64,000 nt of DNA from an uncultured Clostridia bacterium (GTDB lineage Bacteria; Bacillota; Clostridia; Oscillospirales; Ruminococcaceae). The position numbers and the translations under genes were made by a program. The notes under the pieces were generated by a model. The model was not told where the DNA came from. It did not search any database and worked only from the letters and a program-made list of their open reading frames with translations. This document shows positions 1 to 7,782 of the stretch, piece after piece. Location of the stretch: assembly GCA_944382905.1 (NCBI GenBank), contig CALWNU010000037.1, positions 24,392-88,391 on the forward strand, given 5' to 3'. Numbering within the stretch: the stretch's first letter is position 1; every line of letters begins with the position of its first letter.

Positions 1-200
1 AGCTGCTCCCGCGTCACCACGATGATTTCGCAAATCGAAGGGCTGCAGGCCAGCGCCTGGAGGCTGCGGATCAACACCGGCACCCCATCCACCTGCGCCA
101 ATTGCTTTTCAATTCCCATCATTCGGGTTGCGTTCCCAGCCGCCACCACCACGGCGGACGTATCCGGCAAATCCTTTTTCCGTTTTGATCCAGTCAACAA
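1..200 (-). CDS. ispD: 2-C-methyl-D-erythritol 4-phosphate cytidylyltransferase, N-terminal part (gene runs off window start)
   Basis: Minus-strand translation reads LTGSKRKKDLPDTSAVVVAAGNATRMMGIEKQLAQVDGVPVLIRSLQAL..IIVVTREQ. This is the AAGxxxRM nucleotide-binding N-terminus typical of IspD. GGAG sits 3-6 nt upstream of TTG codons at 200/197, so the start is approximate. Absent from the ORF track because it is truncated. Confidence 0.7.
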   Translation of the reverse strand, partial: MLTGSKRKKDLPDTSAVVVAAGNATRMMGIEKQLAQVDGVPVLIRSLQALACSPSICEIIVVTREQ

Positions 201-380
201 GTTCTCCGCCTTCTTTCCATTCTTTCCAAGGTCTGTTTGAGGGCCGTTTCCCTTTTCTGCCGCAGGCGGTTTTCTCCTCTCTGCGGCAAGGCCGTTATTT
301 TATTATTATAACGGATGCTACCGGTGCCGCGTCAAGGAAAAAACAAAGAAAAATCCCGGCCATATCTTGTTATGGCACGT

Positions 381-420
381 AAAAAAAACAGGAATGGCAG
401 ACGCAAAACAATGCCATTCC
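381..420 (-). terminator. rho-independent terminator after carD
   Basis: On the minus strand, GGAATGGCA-N12-TGCCATTCC is followed by TGTTTTTTTT. Confidence 0.8.
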
Positions 421-442
421 GTTTCCTTTTTGCAAACCGCGC

Positions 443-982
443 CTATTTTGCCAGGGCGCCTTCTTCGGTTTTTTCTTCCACCTGTATTTTTTCTAGAATA
501 AACGGCAACACCTGTTCCGGGCTGATGTGCAGCACATAGGCAAATTCTTCATACAGGATTTTCTCCGCTTCTTTCATGTATCGCTCGTCGGAAAGATGCA
601 GCCTTCTGCCTTTTTTCTGCTGCGCTTTCTGGTGTTCATAGATGGCCTTGATCATCCGCACCATCGCTGCGCGGTCGCCGCTGCTCAGGATCTGCCGGCA
701 CCGCTCTTTTCGCTGCGTCTCATCCTCCAGCCACGCCACGTTTTCTTCCGGCATGGCCTGGATCAGTGCCCGAATTTCCGCCGCGGATAGAATCCGGCGC
801 ATCTTCGCTACCAACGCCGCGTTTTCCACCGGGACAAAAATCGTCGAATCCGGCGCATAGACAGGCTTGAGCACATAATATTCCCGGCTCTCCCCGCCAA
901 ACATCCGCCGGACCTGTTCTTGAATCTGACAAATCCCGTGGGTGCTGTATAAAACCGTATCCCCTGTCTTGTATTGGCCCAT
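443..982 (-). CDS. carD: CarD/CdnL family transcriptional regulator
   Basis: MGQYKTGDTVLYSTHGICQIQE..YYVLKP.. is a CarD_CdnL_TRCF-type N-terminal domain. Start chosen at ATG 982 preceded by AAAGGAGAG; the longer ORF-track start lacks an RBS. Confidence 0.85.
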   Translation of the reverse strand: MGQYKTGDTVLYSTHGICQIQEQVRRMFGGESREYYVLKPVYAPDSTIFVPVENAALVAKMRRILSAAEIRALIQAMPEENVAWLEDETQRKERCRQILSSGDRAAMVRMIKAIYEHQKAQQKKGRRLHLSDERYMKEAEKILYEEFAYVLHISPEQVLPFILEKIQVEEKTEEGALAK

Positions 983-1273
983 GTTTGATCTCTCCTTTCT
1001 TTCCAATCCTTTTCCGCCCGGGCAGTCCGCTGCCGTTTTTCCCAGGCGCTTCCCTGGCATTCTTTTTCCCAATAAAAAAGTAGTCCACTTCCACTGGACT
1101 TACGTTCCTGCAAAGCAAACTACTCGTTGGTTCTATAAAAAGAATATCAGATTTTCAAAAAAAATGAAATGGTGATTTTTCACAAAGCTTTCCGCCCGGA
1201 ACTGTCGCGTCTTTGAAAAAAGCCTTTGCCGCCGCCATCCTCCGCTGCGGCGTGGGAAGTTTTGCGCCCTCTG

Positions 1274-1972
1274 TCAAGACCGCGGCGCCTTTTCTTCCGG
1301 GATCGCCACCGGCAAATTCCAGCAATACCGCGCCGCCAGCACCCGAATCAGCACCACCGAAGCCGCGCCCAAAAACATCGCCAGCCAGTGGCTGATAAAC
1401 GGATACGCGCAGGCGTACAGCGCAGCCCCGACAAACGAGGCAGACGCATAAATCTGTTTGCGCAGCACCAGCGGCGTTACCCCGGCCAGCATATCCCGCA
1501 AAATGCCGCCGCCTACGCCGGTTGTCACCCCGACAAACATCTGCAAAAAAGCGTTGTCCCCATATCCTGCGCCGATGGCCGTGTTGATCCCGATCACGGT
1601 AAAAATGCCCAGACCCATGGCGTCAAAGAAATTGAACAGGGACAGATTCTGAATCCGGTTGCTGATAATGATTTCCGGTTCGCTTTTCCCCACGAAAAAA
1701 ATCAGGGAAGACGCCAGCGCCGCCACCAGCGCATACACGGGATTGCGAAACGTATTGGGGGGCGTAATCCCCAACAGGATATCCCGGATGACCCCGCCGC
1801 CTACCGCCGTGCAGACGCCCAAAACAAGGACCCCGAAAATATCCATTCGCCACTGTACCGCCATCACCGCGCCGGACAGCGCGAAGGCCACCGTCCCTAC
1901 CAATTCAATGACCAAAACAATCGTATCCGCAATTTCCACCTGAACACACACCCTCTGTTTTGTTGTTATCAT
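1274..1972 (-). CDS. trimeric intracellular cation channel (TRIC/UPF0126, YadS-like) membrane protein
   Basis: Two repeats of the UPF0126 motif (GTVAFALSGA..GGGVIRD and GGGILRD) in a polytopic hydrophobic sequence. The start is uncertain (ATG 1972 versus GTG 2032). Confidence 0.7.
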   Translation of the reverse strand: MITTKQRVCVQVEIADTIVLVIELVGTVAFALSGAVMAVQWRMDIFGVLVLGVCTAVGGGVIRDILLGITPPNTFRNPVYALVAALASSLIFFVGKSEPEIIISNRIQNLSLFNFFDAMGLGIFTVIGINTAIGAGYGDNAFLQMFVGVTTGVGGGILRDMLAGVTPLVLRKQIYASASFVGAALYACAYPFISHWLAMFLGAASVVLIRVLAARYCWNLPVAIPEEKAPRS

Positions 1973-2022
1973 TTTATCCGATTTCCCTGTCCTTGGCAAC
2001 TGCCGGAAAGTACAAATCTTGT

Positions 2023-2051
2023 TTGACAGCACCTTGTTTTTCAGCTATACT
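2023..2051 (+). promoter_or_regulatory. sigma-A-like promoter
   Basis: TTGACA, 17-nt spacer, TATACT. Confidence 0.6.
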
Positions 2052-2217
2052 GCAAATAAAGTACATAGGCGCTGAATCCGATTTTGTACAATGCATGCAA
2101 GAACACAAACACCCAGCGGCGATGCTGCAATTCTGCCGGTTTCCCAGATGTTCGGAAAGCGCCGACGCGTTGGAAAGGCGATTTTCCGCGCCAATGGATC
2201 TGATCTTGTCAGTCAAC

Positions 2218-2250
2218 GGGGGAAAGCACGCTCTTTCCTCCGTTTTTCTT
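2218..2250 (+). terminator. intrinsic terminator inside the 5' leader (attenuator) of the flavin-reductase-like gene
   Basis: GGGGGAAAG-N6-CTTTCCTCC (9 bp, one G-U) is followed by GTTTTTCTT. It lies 56 nt upstream of ATG 2306. Confidence 0.6.
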
Positions 2251-2305
2251 CGCCGGCAAACATCCGCTGGGCAAAACAATCTGGAAAAGCAAGGAGGATA
2301 TTTCG

Positions 2306-2782
2306 ATGGAGTCATTTCAGACCGACGCATTTCGCATCTTTGACCAGCAATGGGCCCTGGTCACCGCAGGAACGGCCGAATCGTACAACACCATGACCAT
2401 CAGCTGGGGCGGGCTGGGTACGCTATGGGGCAAACCGGTGGCCACCATCTACATCAAGCCCGTTCGCTACACCTATCAGTTCCTGGAACAAAACAACTAT
2501 TTTACCGTATCCTTTTACCCGAAGGAGTACCAAAAAGATCTGAGCATCCTAGGCAGAAAATCCGGCCGGGACACCGACAAAGTGGCCTTGACCAGCTTGA
2601 CCCCCAAGGTGCTGGAACACGGCGTTACGTTTGAACAAGCGCAGGCGACGTTGGTCTGCAAAAAGATTTATTGGCAGGATCTGGACCTGCGCCAGATCCC
2701 GCAGGAGGCTGTGGCGGCATATTACCAGTCGGAGCAGCCGCACCGCATGTATCTGGGCGAGGTCGTCGCGATCCTGCGTTAG
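2306..2782 (+). CDS. flavin reductase-like domain protein
   Basis: 158 aa, ..WALVTAGTAESYNTMTISWGGLGTLWGKPV.. resembles the FMN-binding split-barrel (flavin reductase-like) family. Strong RBS AAGGAGG. Confidence 0.65.
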   Translation: MESFQTDAFRIFDQQWALVTAGTAESYNTMTISWGGLGTLWGKPVATIYIKPVRYTYQFLEQNNYFTVSFYPKEYQKDLSILGRKSGRDTDKVALTSLTPKVLEHGVTFEQAQATLVCKKIYWQDLDLRQIPQEAVAAYYQSEQPHRMYLGEVVAILR

Positions 2783-2801
2783 CCGCCTGGGTTTTGCGTT
2801 T

Positions 2802-2850
2802 GGGGACGGGCCGGCCGGTGAAAACCGGCGCCGGTCCCCTGTTTTCTTTG
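2802..2850 (+). terminator. GC-rich hairpin plus T-tract
   Basis: GGGGAC..CCGGCCGGT gaaa ACCGGCGCCGGTCCCC is followed by TGTTTTCTTTG. Confidence 0.6.
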
Positions 2851-2918
2851 CCGGGACGCCGGTTCGGGAAAGGGCTGCCGCCCCGGCAAGCGAATGGGAA
2901 AAGGAGTGGGAAAAATTG

Positions 2919-3932
2919 ATGCAAGCATTACGATACTATCGGGCTTCGGGCAGCAACCCCTATGACAACCTGGCGCTGGAAGCCTTTTTTCTGCAGCACT
3001 GCCCGCCAGACACCTGTATCCTGTATCTGTGGCAAAATCAAAAGACGGTGGTCATCGGCAAAAACCAAAACGCCTGGAAGGAATGCCGGGTAGAGCTGCT
3101 GGAGCAGGAAGGCGGATTTTTGGCGCGCCGTCCCTCCGGCGGGGGAGCAGTGTTCCACGATTTGGGCAACCTGAACTTTACCTTTGTCGCGCCGCTGGAG
3201 CAATACGATATCGGCCGCCAGCTGGAGGTGATCTGCCGGGCGCTGCGGTCCTTCGGACTGGACGCGCAAAAAACCGGCCGCAACGATATCACCGTCGACG
3301 GCAGAAAATGTTCCGGAAACGCCTTTCAAAAAATCCGTCAGGCAGGGTGCCACCACGGTACGCTGCTCATTGACACTGACCTGGCCATGATGGCCCGGTA
3401 CCTGCAGGTATCGGAAGAAAAGCTGCGCGCCAAAGGCGTCAGTTCCGTCCAGTCGCGGGTGGTAAACCTGCGGCAGCTGTGTCCGGCAATCACGGTAGAA
3501 ACCATGGCGCAGGCAATTGTCCGGGCGTTCGGCGAGGTCTTTGGCCTGGCCGTCCAGCCTTTCGACCCGGCTTCTTTCGACTGGGAGGAAATCCGGAAAA
3601 TGTCTTCTTCCTTCGCTTCCTGGCAGTGGCGGCTCGGGCGGGAAATCCCCTTTTCCTATGAAATCGGCGGCCGGTTTTCCTGGGGCGGCATCCAGCTTCT
3701 GTTTTCGGGAAACGGCGGTAAGGTTTCCGACCTGCAGGTCTATTCCGACGCGATGGACACCGGATTCATCGACCAGCTGCCCCGGTATCTGCGGGATCTG
3801 CCCTTTTCCCCGTCCGGCTTTGCAGATGCTTTGAATCCCTTGGCGCAAACGCCGCAATATGCTACAATGGTAGCAGACATACAATCATTGCTGCGGGCCA
3901 ACACCCACAGCGTCTCTGGAGAGGAGAAATAA
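2919..3932 (+). CDS. lplA: lipoate-protein ligase A
   Basis: ..NPYDNLALEAFF..LYLWQNQKTVVIGKNQN..RRPSGGGAVFHDLGN..GRKCSGNAF is the LplA/LipB catalytic-domain pattern. ATG 2919 is preceded by GGAGTGGG. The 96-aa upstream extension in the ORF track crosses a terminator. Confidence 0.85.
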   Translation: MQALRYYRASGSNPYDNLALEAFFLQHCPPDTCILYLWQNQKTVVIGKNQNAWKECRVELLEQEGGFLARRPSGGGAVFHDLGNLNFTFVAPLEQYDIGRQLEVICRALRSFGLDAQKTGRNDITVDGRKCSGNAFQKIRQAGCHHGTLLIDTDLAMMARYLQVSEEKLRAKGVSSVQSRVVNLRQLCPAITVETMAQAIVRAFGEVFGLAVQPFDPASFDWEEIRKMSSSFASWQWRLGREIPFSYEIGGRFSWGGIQLLFSGNGGKVSDLQVYSDAMDTGFIDQLPRYLRDLPFSPSGFADALNPLAQTPQYATMVADIQSLLRANTHSVSGEEK

Positions 3933-3933
3933 C

Positions 3934-5343
3934 ATGAATCAGTACCAGTTGGCCGTCATTGGCGCAGGGCCCGGCGGATATGTCGCCGCCATCCGCGCCG
4001 CCCAGCTTGGCATAAAGACGGCAATCATCGAAAAACAGGATGTGGGCGGCACCTGTCTCAATCGTGGATGCATTCCCACCAAAGCGCTGCTGCACGCTTC
4101 GGAAATCTACCATCAAGCGCGCAATGCCCTGGAATTGGGCCTGGACATCCAGGTCGGCGGATATGATATGGGCCGGCTCCATGACCGGAAAGAAAAGGTC
4201 GTCCTGCAGCTGAGAGGCGGCGTGGAACAACTGCTCAAAGCCAATCAGGTTGACCTGATCCGGGGGGAGGCGACCATTATGGCGCCGCATCAAATTGAGG
4301 TTGCCGGATCGGACTGCCCGTCCGTCACGGCGGATCATATTCTGATCGCCACCGGCTCGGTCCCCGCCCGGCCGCCGATCCCCGGTCTGGATCTGCCTGG
4401 CGTCGTCACCAGCGATGAAGTGCTGGAGGGCGACCCGGTGGATTACAAAAGCCTGATCATCATCGGCGGCGGGGTCATCGGCGTGGAATTCGCGACCTTT
4501 TACCAGCAGCTAGGGTGCGAGGTGACCATTTTAGAAGCCATGGACCGCCTGCTCCCAGCAATGGATCGGGAAATTTCCCAGAACCTCGGCATGATCCTCA
4601 AAAAGCGCGGCGTATCGGTCCACACCGGCGCGATGGTACAGCAAATCACCGCGGAGGGCGGTCAGCTTTGCTGCCATTTTACGGAAAAAGGCAAGGATGG
4701 CGCCGTCTCGGCCCAGGGCATTCTGGTGGCCATTGGGCGCCGGCCCAACACCCAGGGATTGTTTGGGCCCGGGGTATCGCCTGAAATGGACCGCGGACGT
4801 ATTGTTACCGACGAAACATTCGCCACCAGCCTGGACCAGGTTTGGGCCATTGGCGATGTGACCTCCCGCATCCAACTGGCGCATATGGCGTCAGCGCAGG
4901 GGATCGCCGTGGTGGAAGCCATCGCGGGGCACCCTGCTTCGGTGGATCTGTCGGTAGTGCCTTCCTGCATCTACACCGACCCGGAAATCGCCAGTGTCGG
5001 GATCACCGCAGACGAGGCAAAAGCACAGGGGATCGCGGTGAAAACCGGGAAATTTATTATGTCTGCCAATGGGAAGACCTTGATCGAAGGGAAAGACCGC
5101 GGGTTTATCAAGGTGGTATGCGCAGAAGACTCTGGCGTCATCCTCGGCGCGCAGCTCATGTGCGCCAGAGCGACGGACCTGGTCAGCGAATTCTCTTCCG
5201 CCATTGTCAACCGGCTGACGGCAAGCCAGATGACCCAGGTGATCCGCCCGCATCCGACTTTTACCGAAGCGGTGACCGAAGCGCTGGAAGATCTGGACGG
5301 GCACGCCATCCATGCAGCGCCCAGGCGCCGGCTTGCAAAATAA
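3934..5343 (+). CDS. lpdA: dihydrolipoyl dehydrogenase
   Basis: GAGPGGY FAD site, redox-active GGTCLNRGCIPTK disulfide motif, C-terminal dimerisation domain with HPT. Confidence 0.9.
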   Translation: MNQYQLAVIGAGPGGYVAAIRAAQLGIKTAIIEKQDVGGTCLNRGCIPTKALLHASEIYHQARNALELGLDIQVGGYDMGRLHDRKEKVVLQLRGGVEQLLKANQVDLIRGEATIMAPHQIEVAGSDCPSVTADHILIATGSVPARPPIPGLDLPGVVTSDEVLEGDPVDYKSLIIIGGGVIGVEFATFYQQLGCEVTILEAMDRLLPAMDREISQNLGMILKKRGVSVHTGAMVQQITAEGGQLCCHFTEKGKDGAVSAQGILVAIGRRPNTQGLFGPGVSPEMDRGRIVTDETFATSLDQVWAIGDVTSRIQLAHMASAQGIAVVEAIAGHPASVDLSVVPSCIYTDPEIASVGITADEAKAQGIAVKTGKFIMSANGKTLIEGKDRGFIKVVCAEDSGVILGAQLMCARATDLVSEFSSAIVNRLTASQMTQVIRPHPTFTEAVTEALEDLDGHAIHAAPRRRLAK

Positions 5344-5362
5344 CCCTTCCCCCAAAACAAAC

Positions 5363-5397
5363 AAGAGGAGGACGGCAATCTGCCGGCCTCCTCTTTT
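5363..5397. terminator. bidirectional terminator between convergent lpd and the DUF975 gene
   Basis: AAGAGGAGG-N15-CCTCCTCTT with T/A tracts on both sides. Confidence 0.7.
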
Positions 5398-5429
5398 CGG
5401 TTATGCCGCCTTTTCCAACGGCCGATTTT

Positions 5430-6365
5430 TTACTGATCGTCCGACATGGAATCACCGGATTTTTTCTCTTGCTCGATCTGCTGCTCAAACCAAGATGCGG
5501 TTCCGTCCGCCGGCTGAGCCGGTTGAGGCGGCTGAGGAGCGGAAGGCTGCTGACCCGTGAACCCCGGTTGCTGGCCGGAATATCCATATCCATTCGTCTG
5601 GGCATAGGGCGGGGCGTTCCAGCGGCGGGGTTCTCCCGTATAGCCATGGAGTCCTCCCAGCTCATTGGCGTCTGCCCTGCCGGCAGAAATGAGTTGATAT
5701 TTTAAAATTTCATACAGTTCCGCATAGGTCGCTTGCTCATACGGCAAAACAAACAGCACACCGATGCCGCAGGCCATTAAACCCAATAAATTCCATCCCA
5801 GAAACGACAGGTCCAAAACAAAAATAGCGCCCTTTTCCCCCTGGGTCATTTCCTTCGTCATAGCAAATGCACGGGTGGACTGGATGTTTGGATTCTCCGC
5901 CAGAATATAAGGAATCATCCGATATTCATAGGATTTTACAATACCTGGAATCAAAAACAGCAAGCTCCACAAAGCCGTATACAGATCTCGCAAAAACATG
6001 ATTTTTACCACGTTGAGATAGGTCCCGTTCCGGAACAGGGAAAAAAGCTGGTCGAACGCGCCCCGGTTCTGCCGGTTCGCGATGAAAAATCTGCATTGTC
6101 CGACCTGAATCGGATTGGTGACAAAAATGCCGAACAAAATGCCCAGCAACGCCAAAAAGGAAATCGTCAAAATCACGAAAGGGGCGATGCGCCAGGAGAA
6201 AACATAGTCCGTCTCATGGCTGAACCGAAAGACAAACGTATTGCTGCTTCCGCTTTGGGAAATGCCGGTCAGGATTGACACAATCAGACAGGCCAATAAG
6301 GCTTTCCAATAGCTAAAGCCAAGCACGTATTTTGCGTTGCCTTTGATCTGTTCTCTTGTCCACAT
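5430..6365 (-). CDS. DUF975 family membrane protein with Pro/Gln-rich C-terminal tail
   Basis: MWTREQIKGNAKYVL.. is a DUF975-type N-terminus; multiple TM segments. ATG 6365 is preceded by GGAGGG. Confidence 0.7.
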   Translation of the reverse strand: MWTREQIKGNAKYVLGFSYWKALLACLIVSILTGISQSGSSNTFVFRFSHETDYVFSWRIAPFVILTISFLALLGILFGIFVTNPIQVGQCRFFIANRQNRGAFDQLFSLFRNGTYLNVVKIMFLRDLYTALWSLLFLIPGIVKSYEYRMIPYILAENPNIQSTRAFAMTKEMTQGEKGAIFVLDLSFLGWNLLGLMACGIGVLFVLPYEQATYAELYEILKYQLISAGRADANELGGLHGYTGEPRRWNAPPYAQTNGYGYSGQQPGFTGQQPSAPQPPQPAQPADGTASWFEQQIEQEKKSGDSMSDDQ

Positions 6366-6479
6366 AGGAATCCCTCCATTCGGTATCATTGTATCATATT
6401 CCGATAAAATCGGCAAACCTATCTTTTTGCATGCAGCTGCTTTTTTCGGGGAATCCGCGCCGGCTGCCGCAAAAAAAAC

Positions 6480-6508
6480 TTTACAAATCCTTGGAACCGT
6501 GCTACACT
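6480..6508 (+). promoter_or_regulatory. sigma-A-like promoter of the aroF-pheA leader
   Basis: TTTACA, 17-nt spacer, TACACT. Confidence 0.6.
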
Positions 6509-6538
6509 GGTACCCAGTTCAATCGTTGCGAGGTTCAA

Positions 6539-6631
6539 ATGATGAATCGGATCTATTCTAAATTCTTTACCTTCTTCTTTAGCTGGGCATTTTTCTTTTG
6601 CACCGGCTTAGTTGAATATGGTAAAATATGA
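6539..6631 (+). CDS. Phe-rich leader peptide (pheL-like), 30 aa
   Basis: MMNRIYSKFFTFFFSWAFFFCTGLVEYGKI has 8 Phe and 1 Trp within 12 consecutive codons (6563-6598). GAGG lies 5 nt upstream. The peptide sits between a promoter and a terminator upstream of Phe-biosynthesis genes. Confidence 0.65.
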   Translation: MMNRIYSKFFTFFFSWAFFFCTGLVEYGKI

Positions 6632-6661
6632 TAGGTCACCGCTTCCAGCTTCATATTGTCA

Positions 6662-6695
6662 GGGACTTATGATATTTTTCATAAGTCCCTTTTTT
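6662..6695 (+). terminator. attenuator terminator upstream of aroF
   Basis: Perfect 11-bp stem GGGACTTATGA / TCATAAGTCCC, 6-nt loop, then TTTTTT. Confidence 0.8.
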
Positions 6696-6744
6696 GTTGC
6701 CGGTTTTGCAAAAACGATTGGCCCAGAGAAAGGAAGATGAAAAA

Positions 6745-7767
6745 ATGGTAGTCGTACTCAGACCCAATACCCCCAAGGACAAGACCCAGCAGCTCATGGA
6801 AGAAATCAAGCACTCCTACCCCGGCGTTTCCTGTCACTGCACCGAAGGCACCCAGGTGACGATCATCGGTTTGGTAGGCGACACCTCCCACGTGGACATG
6901 GATTCCATCCTGGCGCACCAGGATATTGTGGAGCGGGTGACCCGGGTGCAGGAACCGTATAAAATGGTCAACCGCAAATTCCATCCGCAGAACACGGTCA
7001 TCACGCTGGAAAACGGGCTGCAGATCGGCGGGAAGCAAATCGTTGTCATGGCGGGCCCGTGCTCGGTGGAATCGGAAGAACAGATCATCGAGGTCGCCAC
7101 AAAAGCCAAAGCGTCCGGCGCCCACATCCTCCGCGGCGGCGCCTTCAAGCCCCGCACTTCTCCCTATGCGTTCCAGGGCCTGCGCGCAGAGGGAGTGGAA
7201 CTTCTGCTCAAAGCCAAAGAGGCCACCGGCCTGCCCATTGTGTCCGAAGTCATGAGCGCCGCCCAAATTCCGCTTTTTGAACAGGTGGATATTATCCAGG
7301 TCGGCGCCAGAAACATGCAGAATTTTGAGCTGCTCAAGGAGCTGGGCCGCCTGGATAAGCCTATCCTGCTCAAACGCGGCCTTTCCAGCACCATCGAAGA
7401 ATGGCTGATGAGCGCAGAGTACATCATGGCGGGCGGCAACGAAAAGGTCATCCTCTGCGAGCGGGGGATCCGCACCTACGAAACCTTTACCCGCAATACG
7501 CTGGATATCTCCGCCGTGCCGATTTTAAAACATCTGACCCACCTGCCGGTGATTGTCGACCCCAGCCACGGGACCGGTATCACCTGGCTGGTGGAACCCA
7601 TGGCCAAGGCCGCCATTGTCGCCGGAGCCGACGGCTTGATGGTGGAAGTCCATAACAATCCGGAAAAAGCCCTGTCCGACGGCGCCCAGTCGCTGCGGCC
7701 GGAAACCTTCGATGGGATCATGACCAGCCTGCGCCGCTACGCCCAGGTCGAAGGCCGGTCCCTGTAA
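6745..7767 (+). CDS. aroF: 3-deoxy-7-phosphoheptulonate (DAHP) synthase, type I-beta with N-terminal regulatory domain
   Basis: ..VVMAGPCSVESEEQ..GAHILRGGAFKPRTSPY.FQG..KRG....EW..AAEYI..GN..VILCERGIRT..DPSH is the KDO8P/DAHP synthase I-beta pattern. RBS GAAAGGAAG. Confidence 0.9.
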   Translation: MVVVLRPNTPKDKTQQLMEEIKHSYPGVSCHCTEGTQVTIIGLVGDTSHVDMDSILAHQDIVERVTRVQEPYKMVNRKFHPQNTVITLENGLQIGGKQIVVMAGPCSVESEEQIIEVATKAKASGAHILRGGAFKPRTSPYAFQGLRAEGVELLLKAKEATGLPIVSEVMSAAQIPLFEQVDIIQVGARNMQNFELLKELGRLDKPILLKRGLSSTIEEWLMSAEYIMAGGNEKVILCERGIRTYETFTRNTLDISAVPILKHLTHLPVIVDPSHGTGITWLVEPMAKAAIVAGADGLMVEVHNNPEKALSDGAQSLRPETFDGIMTSLRRYAQVEGRSL

Positions 7768-7782
7768 AAAGGGGGAACCACT

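Noticed and set aside
2052-2305. Possible glycine, FMN, TPP, cobalamin or T-box riboswitch in the leader of the flavin-reductase-like gene
   Set aside because: I could not find the conserved core motifs of these classes (ACCGAAGG, RFN core, CTGAGA/ACCTGA, GCCACTG, GGTGGTACCGCG) by eye. The region is kept as an unassigned leader in the findings rather than called as a known class.
2631-2918. 96-aa N-terminal extension of the lplA ORF
   Set aside because: The extension is Arg/Pro-rich, overlaps the end of the flavin-reductase-like gene and crosses the terminator at 2802-2850. The LplA homology begins at ATG 2919, which has an RBS.
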